From Nitrosopumilus sp. (lineage in GTDB: Archaea > Thermoproteota > Nitrososphaeria > Nitrososphaerales > Nitrosopumilaceae), in NCBI GenBank assembly GCA_965219345.1, contig OZ244732.1, positions 672,001 through 736,000 of the forward strand: a DNA stretch of 64,000 nt, given 5' to 3'. Shown here in pieces: positions 28,468-37,039 of this stretch. The notes beneath the pieces were generated by a model. The model searched no databases, was not told the DNA's origin, and saw only the letters and a list, made by a program, of their open reading frames with translations. Position 1 is the first letter of the stretch; every line of letters begins with the position of its first letter. Made by a program: the position numbers and the translations under genes.

Positions 28468-30192
28468 TTGTTGTACCACAAGTTTGCATTATTCATTATG
28501 ATTATTGGTATTTTTACAGTTCCAGCTATTATTCCAAATGCATTTGGGCATGGACTTGGAGGAGATCAAGCACCACCTCTAACGTTTGGTGACATGGAAG
28601 TAACTGTACGAACACAACTGAGTCCATCTCATATTACAGTAGGAGAAGTTGGTTCTGTTAACATGCAAATACGTTTCTTTGATACAATAACTGATGAGAA
28701 TCTTGACAAAGTAACATACAGAGTAGAACTATGGCAAAGTGGCGAACTTTTAGCTAGAAATTTGTTTTATGACCCAGATGGAAGATTGGATGTTAAAATA
28801 AAACCAATATCCGGGTGTGATGAATTTAATCTTATAACCTGTACAGATTATTTTGGTTCTGAACATGTTAGTGCACCTGGTGCTCTATACGTACAAGGAC
28901 CTGCATGTACTGATGATAATTTAGATATTTGTGGAAGAGCAACAATTCAGGGCCCAATATTTGTAAAAGGTGGTTTATACAAAATTACCATTGATATTGA
29001 AGCTGCTACTAGTCCAAGAACTGTACTTCTGGAAAGACTAACTTATGATACTTTTGTTAGCATTGCACAGGAACAAGACTTTTTTTTCCAGACTGCAAAC
29101 GCTGAAGAAATTCCAGTTGTAATAAAAACATACTATGATGATGTTGATAACTTCAAATTTGATCAATCAGATAATGCAATTTCATTTGACATGCCATTTG
29201 ATTGGAGTCTAGATTATGTTGATTTGGTATATGTAGTACATGAAGAAGTCAGAGTTCCAAAAACATTTGCACCTTACGCAGAAGGAACACAATTCAAAGG
29301 ATATGTTAATGGTGTAGAAATTGATCAGCGAGCATTACTTAATGATCCTTATTCGTATGAAGATACAAATACTGTCCATTTTCTAATTTTAAAAAGTGAA
29401 TTACAAAAAATCAATGAAGCACTAGGACCAAGTAATTACGATAACAAAAAAATGAACTTAAAATTAGTTCCACTAGGCGAAGTATCAAAAAGTTCAACTG
29501 AATTTTATCTTGTTGATACTACAAACTACGAACAAGTTCCAACAACTGTGAATATTTCATGGGATGGAAATTATGGTGCAGGTGATCAAGTACCTTTTGA
29601 AATTACATTCTTTGATGAAAACAGAGATCTCATTAGAGACATGAGATACGCAATTTCATTTATTGATGAAAATGATCAAGAATTAGAAAGATTCTCAGGA
29701 GATGATCCACAAAATCCCGGTATTATTGCTACAGAAGGAATTGATATTCAAACAATCCGAATTCCATCACAAGGACAATACAGAATTGATATTCTAGCTT
29801 ATGGAACGGGATTAGACTATAATCCAAAGTATGCAGGAATTGGTTCAGGAATCATTGAGATTGGTCCAAGTCTTCCAAAAACTACAACAACACCAACACC
29901 AGATGTGCAATCACCTACTATAGTTCCATCATGGATTAAAAATAATGCAGGCTGGTGGGCAGATGGAACTATTGATGATGCCTCCTTTGTTCAAGGAATT
30001 CAATTCTTAATCAAAGAAGGTGTTCTAAAGATTCCTCCAACTACACAGGGAACTGGTTCTAGTTCAAATGAAATTCCATCATGGATTAAAAATAATGCAG
30101 GCTGGTGGGCAGATGGAACTATTGATGATGCCTCCTTTGTTCAAGGAATTCAATTCTTAATCAAAGAAGGAATTATGAGGATTCAATCATAG
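28468..30192 (+). CDS. Secreted surface protein with two C-terminal [11 protein letters not shown] repeats
   Basis: Signal peptide ending AFG|HGLG; Thr/Pro linker; thaumarchaeal '[12 protein letters not shown]' repeat domain twice. Confidence 0.85.
   Translation: MLYHKFALFIMIIGIFTVPAIIPNAFGHGLGGDQAPPLTFGDMEVTVRTQLSPSHITVGEVGSVNMQIRFFDTITDENLDKVTYRVELWQSGELLARNLFYDPDGRLDVKIKPISGCDEFNLITCTDYFGSEHVSAPGALYVQGPACTDDNLDICGRATIQGPIFVKGGLYKITIDIEAATSPRTVLLERLTYDTFVSIAQEQDFFFQTANAEEIPVVIKTYYDDVDNFKFDQSDNAISFDMPFDWSLDYVDLVYVVHEEVRVPKTFAPYAEGTQFKGYVNGVEIDQRALLNDPYSYEDTNTVHFLILKSELQKINEALGPSNYDNKKMNLKLVPLGEVSKSSTEFYLVDTTNYEQVPTTVNISWDGNYGAGDQVPFEITFFDENRDLIRDMRYAISFIDENDQELERFSGDDPQNPGIIATEGIDIQTIRIPSQGQYRIDILAYGTGLDYNPKYAGIGSGIIEIGPSLPKTTTTPTPDVQSPTIVPSWIKNNAGWWADGTIDDASFVQGIQFLIKEGVLKIPPTTQGTGSSSNEIPSWIKNNAGWWADGTIDDASFVQGIQFLIKEGIMRIQS
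29924..30170. repeat. 97-bp exact direct repeat (29924-30020 and 30074-30170)
   Basis: Nucleotide-identical copies 150 bp apart. Confidence 0.93.
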
Positions 30193-30225
30193 GTTTTTAA
30201 ATCAATTCTATAAAGTGATAGTATA

Positions 30226-30432
30226 ATGAAAGACATCAATGATATCATGCCTAAAGTCCCAAACATGAGATGGGGAGCATTAATGAACAAATCACCAACT
30301 CACGATAAAGTTGAAGAAATGAACAAAATTTTTCCAAGTAATGGTAAATGGCATACAGTCTTTGAAGAAAAAGATCTAATTACAATTGATGGAAAGCAGA
30401 TCCGTAAAAAAGATCCCACTAAGTGGACATAG
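30226..30432 (+). CDS. Small hypothetical protein
   Basis: 68-aa ATG ORF with TTTTTAAA about 25-30 nt upstream. Confidence 0.75.
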   Translation: MKDINDIMPKVPNMRWGALMNKSPTHDKVEEMNKIFPSNGKWHTVFEEKDLITIDGKQIRKKDPTKWT

Positions 30433-30477
30433 ATTGAATAATGTTATTATACGATTTTCATCAAAGCTAAACAGCCT

Positions 30478-31254
30478 ATGTTTCCATTACGTGATGAAAA
30501 TCCACATCCTCCAGGTTTCAAACCAAAAGTAACTATAGCATTAATTATTGTCAATGCAATTGTATTTTTTATTGAAGTAACAATTACTGGACAGTTTTTT
30601 GATTTTACAAATCAGAATGCATTTACAATGTTTTACGATTGGGGTGCAGTTCCAAATTGTGTGACTGGTGCAACTTTTTCTACAATAGACTTTGGTTCAG
30701 GACCTGTTAAAATTTTATGTCCTGGTACTCCATACATCTCTTTGATTAGTTCAACCTTCATGCATGGCGGCCTACTTCATTTTGCTGGTAACATGTGGTT
30801 CTTGTGGATCTTTGGTGACAACATTGAACAAAAGTTTGGAAAAGCAAAGTTTCTTGGAATTTATCTAATGTGGGGAGTAGCTGCAGGATTAATTCACATC
30901 TATGGCGATGCAAGCAGTGTTGTTCCTGCAGTAGGTGCATCTGGTGCAATTTCTGGAGTGTTAGGTGCTTATCTTGTAATTTTCCCAAAAGCAAGAATTC
31001 AAACTTTCTTGATGATGGGATTCTTTTGGAGAATGATGCATATTCAGGCTCGATGGTTCTTGCCCTTCTGGTTGATCTTTCAGAACTTACTTCCCTTCTT
31101 CATAGGAGGATTTGGTATTGCGGGTGGAGGAGTTGCGTATCTTGCTCATATTGGTGGATTTGCAGTGGGTTTAGCAACTGGTTACATTTACAAAAAAACA
31201 CATAGTACTGATACCATGTATGGCACAAGATACGGCTATAGACCAGATTATTGA
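30478..31254 (+). CDS. Rhomboid intramembrane serine protease
   Basis: FMHGGLLHFAGNM, GASG (Ser), AHIGG (His). Confidence 0.95.
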   Translation: MFPLRDENPHPPGFKPKVTIALIIVNAIVFFIEVTITGQFFDFTNQNAFTMFYDWGAVPNCVTGATFSTIDFGSGPVKILCPGTPYISLISSTFMHGGLLHFAGNMWFLWIFGDNIEQKFGKAKFLGIYLMWGVAAGLIHIYGDASSVVPAVGASGAISGVLGAYLVIFPKARIQTFLMMGFFWRMMHIQARWFLPFWLIFQNLLPFFIGGFGIAGGGVAYLAHIGGFAVGLATGYIYKKTHSTDTMYGTRYGYRPDY

Positions 31255-31287
31255 AAGCATAAATCACCGAGTCTGTTTGAAAATGTC

Positions 31288-31464
31288 ATGCCTTTGATTA
31301 CAGTGTCAATGTATCCTGGTAGAACACAGGAACAAAAAGACGAATTTGCAAGAGCAATCACAAAATCAGCAGTAGAGATTCTCAAAACAAAAGAAAATCA
31401 TGTAATTGTTGTTTTTGAAGACAATCCCAAAGAAAATTGGTTTTTAGCAGGAAACCAACTTTAA
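31288..31464 (+). CDS. 4-oxalocrotonate tautomerase family protein (58 aa, not in ORF track)
   Basis: MPLITVSMYPGRTQEQKDEFARAIT...ENWFLAG; Pro1 and GRTxEQK signature. Confidence 0.92.
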   Translation: MPLITVSMYPGRTQEQKDEFARAITKSAVEILKTKENHVIVVFEDNPKENWFLAGNQL

Positions 31465-31804
31465 TTATTTTTAAAATTGCTATTGCACAAACTTTACTTC
31501 CTATAACTGGACAGAAAGTGTCCATATAGATGTCTAATCAACTAAAAATCTGTTTTATTCAGAACTAAATGCTCCATTATGCGTGCGGTATTTGGAACAT
31601 TTTGGGCTTTTTTGAACATGTTCTGAGCTATTTTATTTCTGAACATTTGCCCTGTACTAGCGGTCAATTTGTTACAAAGTCAATTTGGAGCTTTTTTGTG
31701 ACTGACAATTATACATTTTTTGTTGTAAATCGTGTGTATGCTCGTGATCTTTTTGCAGTTGGAGCAAATTGAAACAAAATAATGCTCTGAACAGTATCAA
31801 GATT

Positions 31805-32125
31805 CTAATTTTTCTTCTTCAGTTTAATCAAGTAAATCGGTTTGGAACCTTTTTTGTAAAAGGCATGTCTGTGAATCTCAACTGACTGGATAATTTTGTT
31901 TTTGAAATACTCTACATGTGCAGTCTTGTCTGCAGTCAGAATATCACATTTGTATCTGCTGGCATAAGCGCCAATTTTCTTATCGGGAACATCCTGTGGA
32001 AATGCCTTATGATCTCCTACGATGATCAGTGTTTTGTATTTTTTCTTGATTGATTTCTCGTTTTCCTTTCCCCACCCACGAATATCATAATCGATTATTA
32101 CTTTGGTATTTTTCATAGTTTTCAT
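31805..32125 (-). CDS. PIN-like (DUF5615/Mut7-C-like) small protein
   Basis: VIIDYD...PDKKIGAYA...ILTADK matches the acidic-residue spacing of that PIN group. Confidence 0.55.
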   Translation of the reverse strand: MKTMKNTKVIIDYDIRGWGKENEKSIKKKYKTLIIVGDHKAFPQDVPDKKIGAYASRYKCDILTADKTAHVEYFKNKIIQSVEIHRHAFYKKGSKPIYLIKLKKKN

Positions 32126-32784
32126 ATCAGTTCATAGAACTGATTAAGACGCTGAGTTAGCAGTTCCTTGTATTCGTCTGTATTTTTCACAAACTCCATT
32201 CTTGTATTTTTCTCGCTACTGACTAGAATTACAACTTGTTTTACTTCAATGCCGGTTAATTCTTTGAACATTTGTGAATATGCCGTACCTTGAATAAAAT
32301 GATCAGTCATCCATTCTTCTTGCTGATTGCTTCGTTTTGTCTTGTAATCTATAATGGATAATTCCCCATCATATTTTGCAATGCAGTCAGATGTTCCTGC
32401 CAATTTCATTTCATTGCTGTACAGCCTTAACTCGGCTCCATGAATGTCATTGATTTTTTGTAAGAAAGGAATCAGATTGTTAAAATGTGCAACGGACAAA
32501 AGCCTGACTTCCTCAGTTTGTGTTATTCCGTTCAGATAATTTTCAATCAATTTGTGAGTTTGAGTTCCTATCATTGTGGATTCTTGTGTAATGTGCTCAG
32601 CAGCTGTTTCTTGCTCCTTCCAATTTTGTAGATCTTGTTGTTTTTCAGCAGGCATTGTTTTTTGCAGTATTGTCGTAATTGATGGAAAGACATCACCTTT
32701 TGGAGTCTGATAATAGTGTGCGTCGTCCTTTTCAATTAATTCCGCCTGTTGAAAATTAATTGGGATGTGATTGAACAAAGACAT
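32122..32784 (-). CDS. PD-(D/E)xK exonuclease (MGME1/phage exonuclease-like)
   Basis: YQTP...PSITTIL, GTQTH, AGTSD, IIDYKT, QGTAY. Confidence 0.88.
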   Translation of the reverse strand: MSLFNHIPINFQQAELIEKDDAHYYQTPKGDVFPSITTILQKTMPAEKQQDLQNWKEQETAAEHITQESTMIGTQTHKLIENYLNGITQTEEVRLLSVAHFNNLIPFLQKINDIHGAELRLYSNEMKLAGTSDCIAKYDGELSIIDYKTKRSNQQEEWMTDHFIQGTAYSQMFKELTGIEVKQVVILVSSEKNTRMEFVKNTDEYKELLTQRLNQFYELI

Positions 32785-32935
32785 TTTCTTATGGATTTTA
32801 TTATTTCATACATCATAAAAAATCTTTTTCATATTTTGAACATTCATCAGAAAATTCATTGTTAAAAATACACGATCTATCTTTTATAGTAATCTAGACA
32901 AATTTAAGATAAGATGATTCTCATATTTTTAGGAA

Positions 32936-33379
32936 ATGTTAGATGACGTGTCATCTGTAAATCCAAATTCAATAAGAGAAAGGCAGTTTGTAGCACTTAG
33001 AGAGGAACTAGTATGGGTCATGTCAAGAATCAGAGGAACAAACACAAAGATTGACGTCAAAATGAAGAAGATGCTTGCAGATGAGAGATACAAGTTTGAG
33101 ATGTATCCCAAGATGTTTGGAAATCCTGACTTTGTTTACAAAAGAAAGAAAATAATCGTATTCTGTGATGGGGATTTCTGGCATGGATACAGGTATCATG
33201 AAAAAAAGAGGCCTGCAAAAAAGTTCTGGCGGGACAAGATTGAAGACAACATGAGACGTGATCAGAGATACACAAGAAAGCTAAGACGAGAAGGATGGTC
33301 AGTTCTAAGATTCTGGGAGCATGACATTAAAAAGAATCCAGAAAAGTGCATGAGAAGAATCAAAAGAAAACTCAGTTAG
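32936..33379 (+). CDS. vsr: Very-short-patch repair endonuclease
   Basis: MSRIRGTNTK, GNPDF, FCDGDFWHG, FWRDKI...RD, GWSVLRFWEH; start uncertain. Confidence 0.9.
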   Translation: MLDDVSSVNPNSIRERQFVALREELVWVMSRIRGTNTKIDVKMKKMLADERYKFEMYPKMFGNPDFVYKRKKIIVFCDGDFWHGYRYHEKKRPAKKFWRDKIEDNMRRDQRYTRKLRREGWSVLRFWEHDIKKNPEKCMRRIKRKLS

Positions 33380-33420
33380 AGATAACTCCTGTAATAATTT
33401 TTCTTCAGCTTGTTGACAGG

Positions 33421-33556
33421 TATTATCCTTCAACAAAGTTTCTGGGAGTTTGGATTCAAAAATTCTGTCGCAGTTTCTTGCTTTGAGAAGTTCAAGGCTT
33501 TTCTGAGTATCTGCTCTTGTGATGAACTTTTTCCATAGAGTTTGAGTCTGCGGCGG
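33421..33556 (-). pseudogene. Possible remnant of an amino-methyltransferase (Mod-like)
   Basis: Start-less frame ...QTLWKK...LELLK...RIFESKLPETLL, then RII in a shifted frame; resembles TLW...LK...FxxPKPExLLxRII. Confidence 0.3.
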
Positions 33557-33819
33557 GCCATTAGGCTAAGCCTCGAAAAATTTTAGAATAATATGAAATG
33601 ATAAAAGTTGTAACTTCTAGAAAAATGATCACAAATTAACTGGACAATGGTAACTATTTTAAAAAAGAGTTGGCTGGACAAAAACCCTTCAGTCTAGGGT
33701 TACATACACATTATGGCCGGCCTGTTATTGTTAGAACAAATTTACATAATAACAAAATGGTACATTTCGTGGTTGTACCAATAGTTTATCCTTTTATTGT
33801 CATTTGATTAATTAATCAC

Positions 33820-34626
33820 ATGAAAGCTGCAATAGTTCAATTCAAAGCATCAACTAACAAAGAAAACAATCTAAAAAAAGTTATCTCATACATTTCAAAA
33901 GCTGCTTCAAAAAACGCAACATTGTGTGCATTTCCGGAATTTATGATGTTTTACACGAGTTCTTCCCAAACTCCAAAACAACTTGCAAACTTGGCTGAAA
34001 CCATTAATGGAAATTTTGTTAAAACCGTCGCAAAAACTGCAAAAGATAATCGTATTCAAGTTATAGGCTCATTTTATGAAAAGAGTAGAAAAAAAGATCG
34101 CGTATATGATACTTCTTTTGTAATTGACAAGTCAGGCAAAGTAATCTCAACTTATAGGAAAATTCACCTCTATGATGCGTTAGGATTTCGAGAATCAGAT
34201 AAAATGACTTCAGGCTCTAAGATTGCAAAGCCTGTAAAGACATCATTAGGAAAAGTTGGCATGATGATCTGTTATGACTTGAGATTCCCAGAAATGTCAC
34301 GTTCTCTTGCAGCTGCAGGCTCTGAAGTTCTAGTTGCGCCATCCGCTTGGGTTAAAGGTAACATGAAAGAAGAACATTGGATTACTATTAACAAAACACG
34401 AGCAATTGAAAATGGATGTTATGTAATTGCACCTGATCAAGTTGGGAATATTTACTGTGGAAGAAGTTTAGTAGTTGATCCATATGGAAAAATTTTGCTT
34501 GACATGAAAAAGAAACAAGGTATAGGTTTTGTTAACATTGATCTAAATAAAGTAAAACAAACACGCAAAGTTTTACCCTTACTAAAAAACAGAAGAACTG
34601 ATGTCTATCCTACTTTGAAGGCTTAG
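33820..34626 (+). CDS. Carbon-nitrogen hydrolase (nitrilase superfamily, Nit1-like)
   Basis: FPE, YRKIHL, ICYDLRFPE triad; RAIEN. Confidence 0.93.
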   Translation: MKAAIVQFKASTNKENNLKKVISYISKAASKNATLCAFPEFMMFYTSSSQTPKQLANLAETINGNFVKTVAKTAKDNRIQVIGSFYEKSRKKDRVYDTSFVIDKSGKVISTYRKIHLYDALGFRESDKMTSGSKIAKPVKTSLGKVGMMICYDLRFPEMSRSLAAAGSEVLVAPSAWVKGNMKEEHWITINKTRAIENGCYVIAPDQVGNIYCGRSLVVDPYGKILLDMKKKQGIGFVNIDLNKVKQTRKVLPLLKNRRTDVYPTLKA

Positions 34627-35077
34627 GCTTTCGGCTTTTACAATTAAAGTTTGAACATTGATGAGTCCATTTTTGATTTCGTGAATAACGAAAAATTATC
34701 ATCGGCCATTTACATGTATTACAAGGTTTTTTTGTTGCTCTAAGTCTTGCTTTTTGTAATAATGGTGATGATGCTTTACATCCACCATAATAGTTAGAAC
34801 AACCCATGAATCGTTTCCTCGTTGTTCGTGATCTAATAACCATTAATTCTCCAAGTTTGCAATGAGGGCATTGCACTAGCCCTTTTTTTGGAGAATTAGT
34901 ACCAAGAATTATGTATTTTTTCTCTTTTGCAGACCAAGATATGTATCCATTACTATCCAAATACTGAATGATCTCTTTTTTGAAGACGTTAGTTTTTGAC
35001 TTTGTAGTTTTTACTACATGTCTTGTTGTGATCTTTTTAATCTGAACAGTTTGAAGACTTGTTTTCACTGATGGCAT
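34610..35077 (-). CDS. Stand-alone topoisomerase-type C4 zinc-ribbon protein
   Basis: CPHC...RFMGCSNYYGGC...CNTC...CSNFNC; strongly basic. Confidence 0.8.
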   Translation of the reverse strand: MPSVKTSLQTVQIKKITTRHVVKTTKSKTNVFKKEIIQYLDSNGYISWSAKEKKYIILGTNSPKKGLVQCPHCKLGELMVIRSRTTRKRFMGCSNYYGGCKASSPLLQKARLRATKKPCNTCKWPMIIFRYSRNQKWTHQCSNFNCKSRKPKPSK

Positions 35078-35121
35078 CTATGATGAACTTACTAAAACAA
35101 TTTTTATAGGGAATTGGGTCA

Positions 35122-36285
35122 GTGACATTAGTGGAAAAGGTTTGTGTTCTTGGTGCTGGTAGTACCAAATATGGTAAATTGTCTGATAGTATAGCAGATA
35201 TCACTACTCAGGCATCAGTTTCAGCAATAGAAAACGCAGGAATTGATCCAAAAGAGATCAAGGCATCTTACATTTCAAACGTCTTTGGGGTTGCAGACAG
35301 GCAGGTACATCTTGGTCCTGTCTTAATGAGCAGATTGGGAATTCCAGATAAACCATCATTGACAATAGAATCTGCGTGTGGAAGTGGCTCTGTATCTTTT
35401 AGAGAGGCTTATGCAAATGTTGCAGCCGGATTTTATGATTGTCTTGTTGTAACTGGTGTTGAAAAAGTAACTCACACAGGAACTGAATGGACAACAACTT
35501 ACTTTGCATATTGTTCAGACTTTTTCTATGAAGGTCAAGCTGGTGCATCATTTCCAGGATTGTTTGCATCAATAGCAAGAGCTTACTTGACAGAGTTTGA
35601 TGCAACTGAAGAAGACTTTGCAAAAGTTGCAGTAAAGAATCATGATAATGGTGTACTTAATCCAAAAGCTCACATGCAGAAGAAAATTACAATTGATGAT
35701 GTAATGAATTCTCCTGTAGTTGCAAGTCCTCTCAAACTTTATGACTGCTGTCCGTTCTCTGACGGTGCAAGCTCTGTAATACTTTGTTCTGAAAAGTTTG
35801 CAAAGGAACATGGTGGTAATTATGTTGAAGTAATTGGTTCAGGTAGAGGTGGTTCACCTGCTGCATTACAAGGACGTGAAAAATTAACAACAATTCCAAG
35901 TACAAAAATTGCAGCAGAAGCTGCATACAAAATGGCAGGCATCTCCGCAAAAGATGTAGACTTTGCAGAAGTACACGATTGCTTTACAATTGCTGAAATA
36001 GTTGATACTGAAGACTTGGGATTCTTTGAAAAGGGAAAAGGTGTTGAAGCTGTTCGTGAAGGTAGAACAAAATTAAATTCTGATATTTCAATTAATCCTT
36101 CGGGTGGTCTCAAATCAAAAGGACACCCAATTGGAGCTACTGGAGTTGGACAAGTAGTAGAAGTATTTGATCAACTAACTGGAAATGCAGGTGAAAGAAC
36201 TGTTAAAGATGCAAAGATTGGTTTAACTCATAACTTTGGTGCAACTGGCGCAAGCTGTGCCGTTCATGTATTCCAGAGTGTGTAA
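35122..36285 (+). CDS. Archaeal thiolase (acetyl-CoA acetyltransferase)
   Basis: ESACGSG, EVHDCF, SKGHPIGATG. Confidence 0.93.
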   Translation: MTLVEKVCVLGAGSTKYGKLSDSIADITTQASVSAIENAGIDPKEIKASYISNVFGVADRQVHLGPVLMSRLGIPDKPSLTIESACGSGSVSFREAYANVAAGFYDCLVVTGVEKVTHTGTEWTTTYFAYCSDFFYEGQAGASFPGLFASIARAYLTEFDATEEDFAKVAVKNHDNGVLNPKAHMQKKITIDDVMNSPVVASPLKLYDCCPFSDGASSVILCSEKFAKEHGGNYVEVIGSGRGGSPAALQGREKLTTIPSTKIAAEAAYKMAGISAKDVDFAEVHDCFTIAEIVDTEDLGFFEKGKGVEAVREGRTKLNSDISINPSGGLKSKGHPIGATGVGQVVEVFDQLTGNAGERTVKDAKIGLTHNFGATGASCAVHVFQSV

Positions 36286-36286
36286 A

Positions 36287-36652
36287 ATGTCTGTTGAAGA
36301 ACAACTTATTGAAAATGCTAAACAAGGTAAACTCCTAACTCACAAATGTACTGACTGTGGTTATCTTCACCTATCTACAGCCTATTATTGCCTAAAATGT
36401 GGCAGCAAGGGATTTGAGGATGTCCTTTTAGAGGGAATGGGCGCAATTGCTACTTATACCATAATTACTGTCGCTCCTGCTGGCTTTGAAAAATATACAC
36501 CATATGCCTTTGTCGTACTTCAACTAGACAACACACATTTGAGAATTTCTGGATTTATGGCAGGAATTGCCACTCCTGCAGATCTACCTGTTGGAACAAG
36601 AGCCAAAATAACTGGTTTTGATGAACGTGGAATCATCATTGAAAAGCAGTAA
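36287..36652 (+). CDS. DUF35 Zn-ribbon/OB-fold thiolase partner
   Basis: CTDC...CLKC, TYTII...P...PY; ATG 1 nt after the thiolase stop. Confidence 0.9.
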   Translation: MSVEEQLIENAKQGKLLTHKCTDCGYLHLSTAYYCLKCGSKGFEDVLLEGMGAIATYTIITVAPAGFEKYTPYAFVVLQLDNTHLRISGFMAGIATPADLPVGTRAKITGFDERGIIIEKQ

Positions 36653-36722
36653 AATAATTTGTTTGAATAATTAAAAAAAATCACAACCGATTCTTAATAA
36701 TTTTGCATAGGTGATCACTTTC

Positions 36723-36875
36723 ATGTCAGTAGAAATTACATGTGGTAAATGTGGAGAAAAGATCACAAACATGAAGATGTTAAAATCACTGAAAGATGTA
36801 ATGAACCCTTATAATGGTAAGTGTCCATCATGTGGACAGAAACTTTCTACATCAGAATTTTCACTTGATGTTTAA
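36723..36875 (+). CDS. 50-aa CPxCG-type zinc-finger microprotein (not in ORF track)
   Basis: MSVEITCGKCGEK...KCPSCGQKLSTSEFSLDV*; Shine-Dalgarno AGGTGAT at about 36709-36715. Confidence 0.85.
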   Translation: MSVEITCGKCGEKITNMKMLKSLKDVMNPYNGKCPSCGQKLSTSEFSLDV

Positions 36876-37039
36876 GAAAACTGATCCAAAAGATCTCTAG
36901 AAAAGATCATTTTTATATTTTTAAAAAAATTAGATCGTTGATATTAGAAATCTTTGCATCTTAACAACAGATCTGATCTAAAAATGTCTGAAATAACATA
37001 GTCATAAGTCTTATTACCTCCTAATTTTTAGAAAAGTGC

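Noticed and set aside
31569-31772. 67-aa plus-strand ORF in the islet
   Set aside because: No recognisable features; the minus strand looks more like decayed coding sequence
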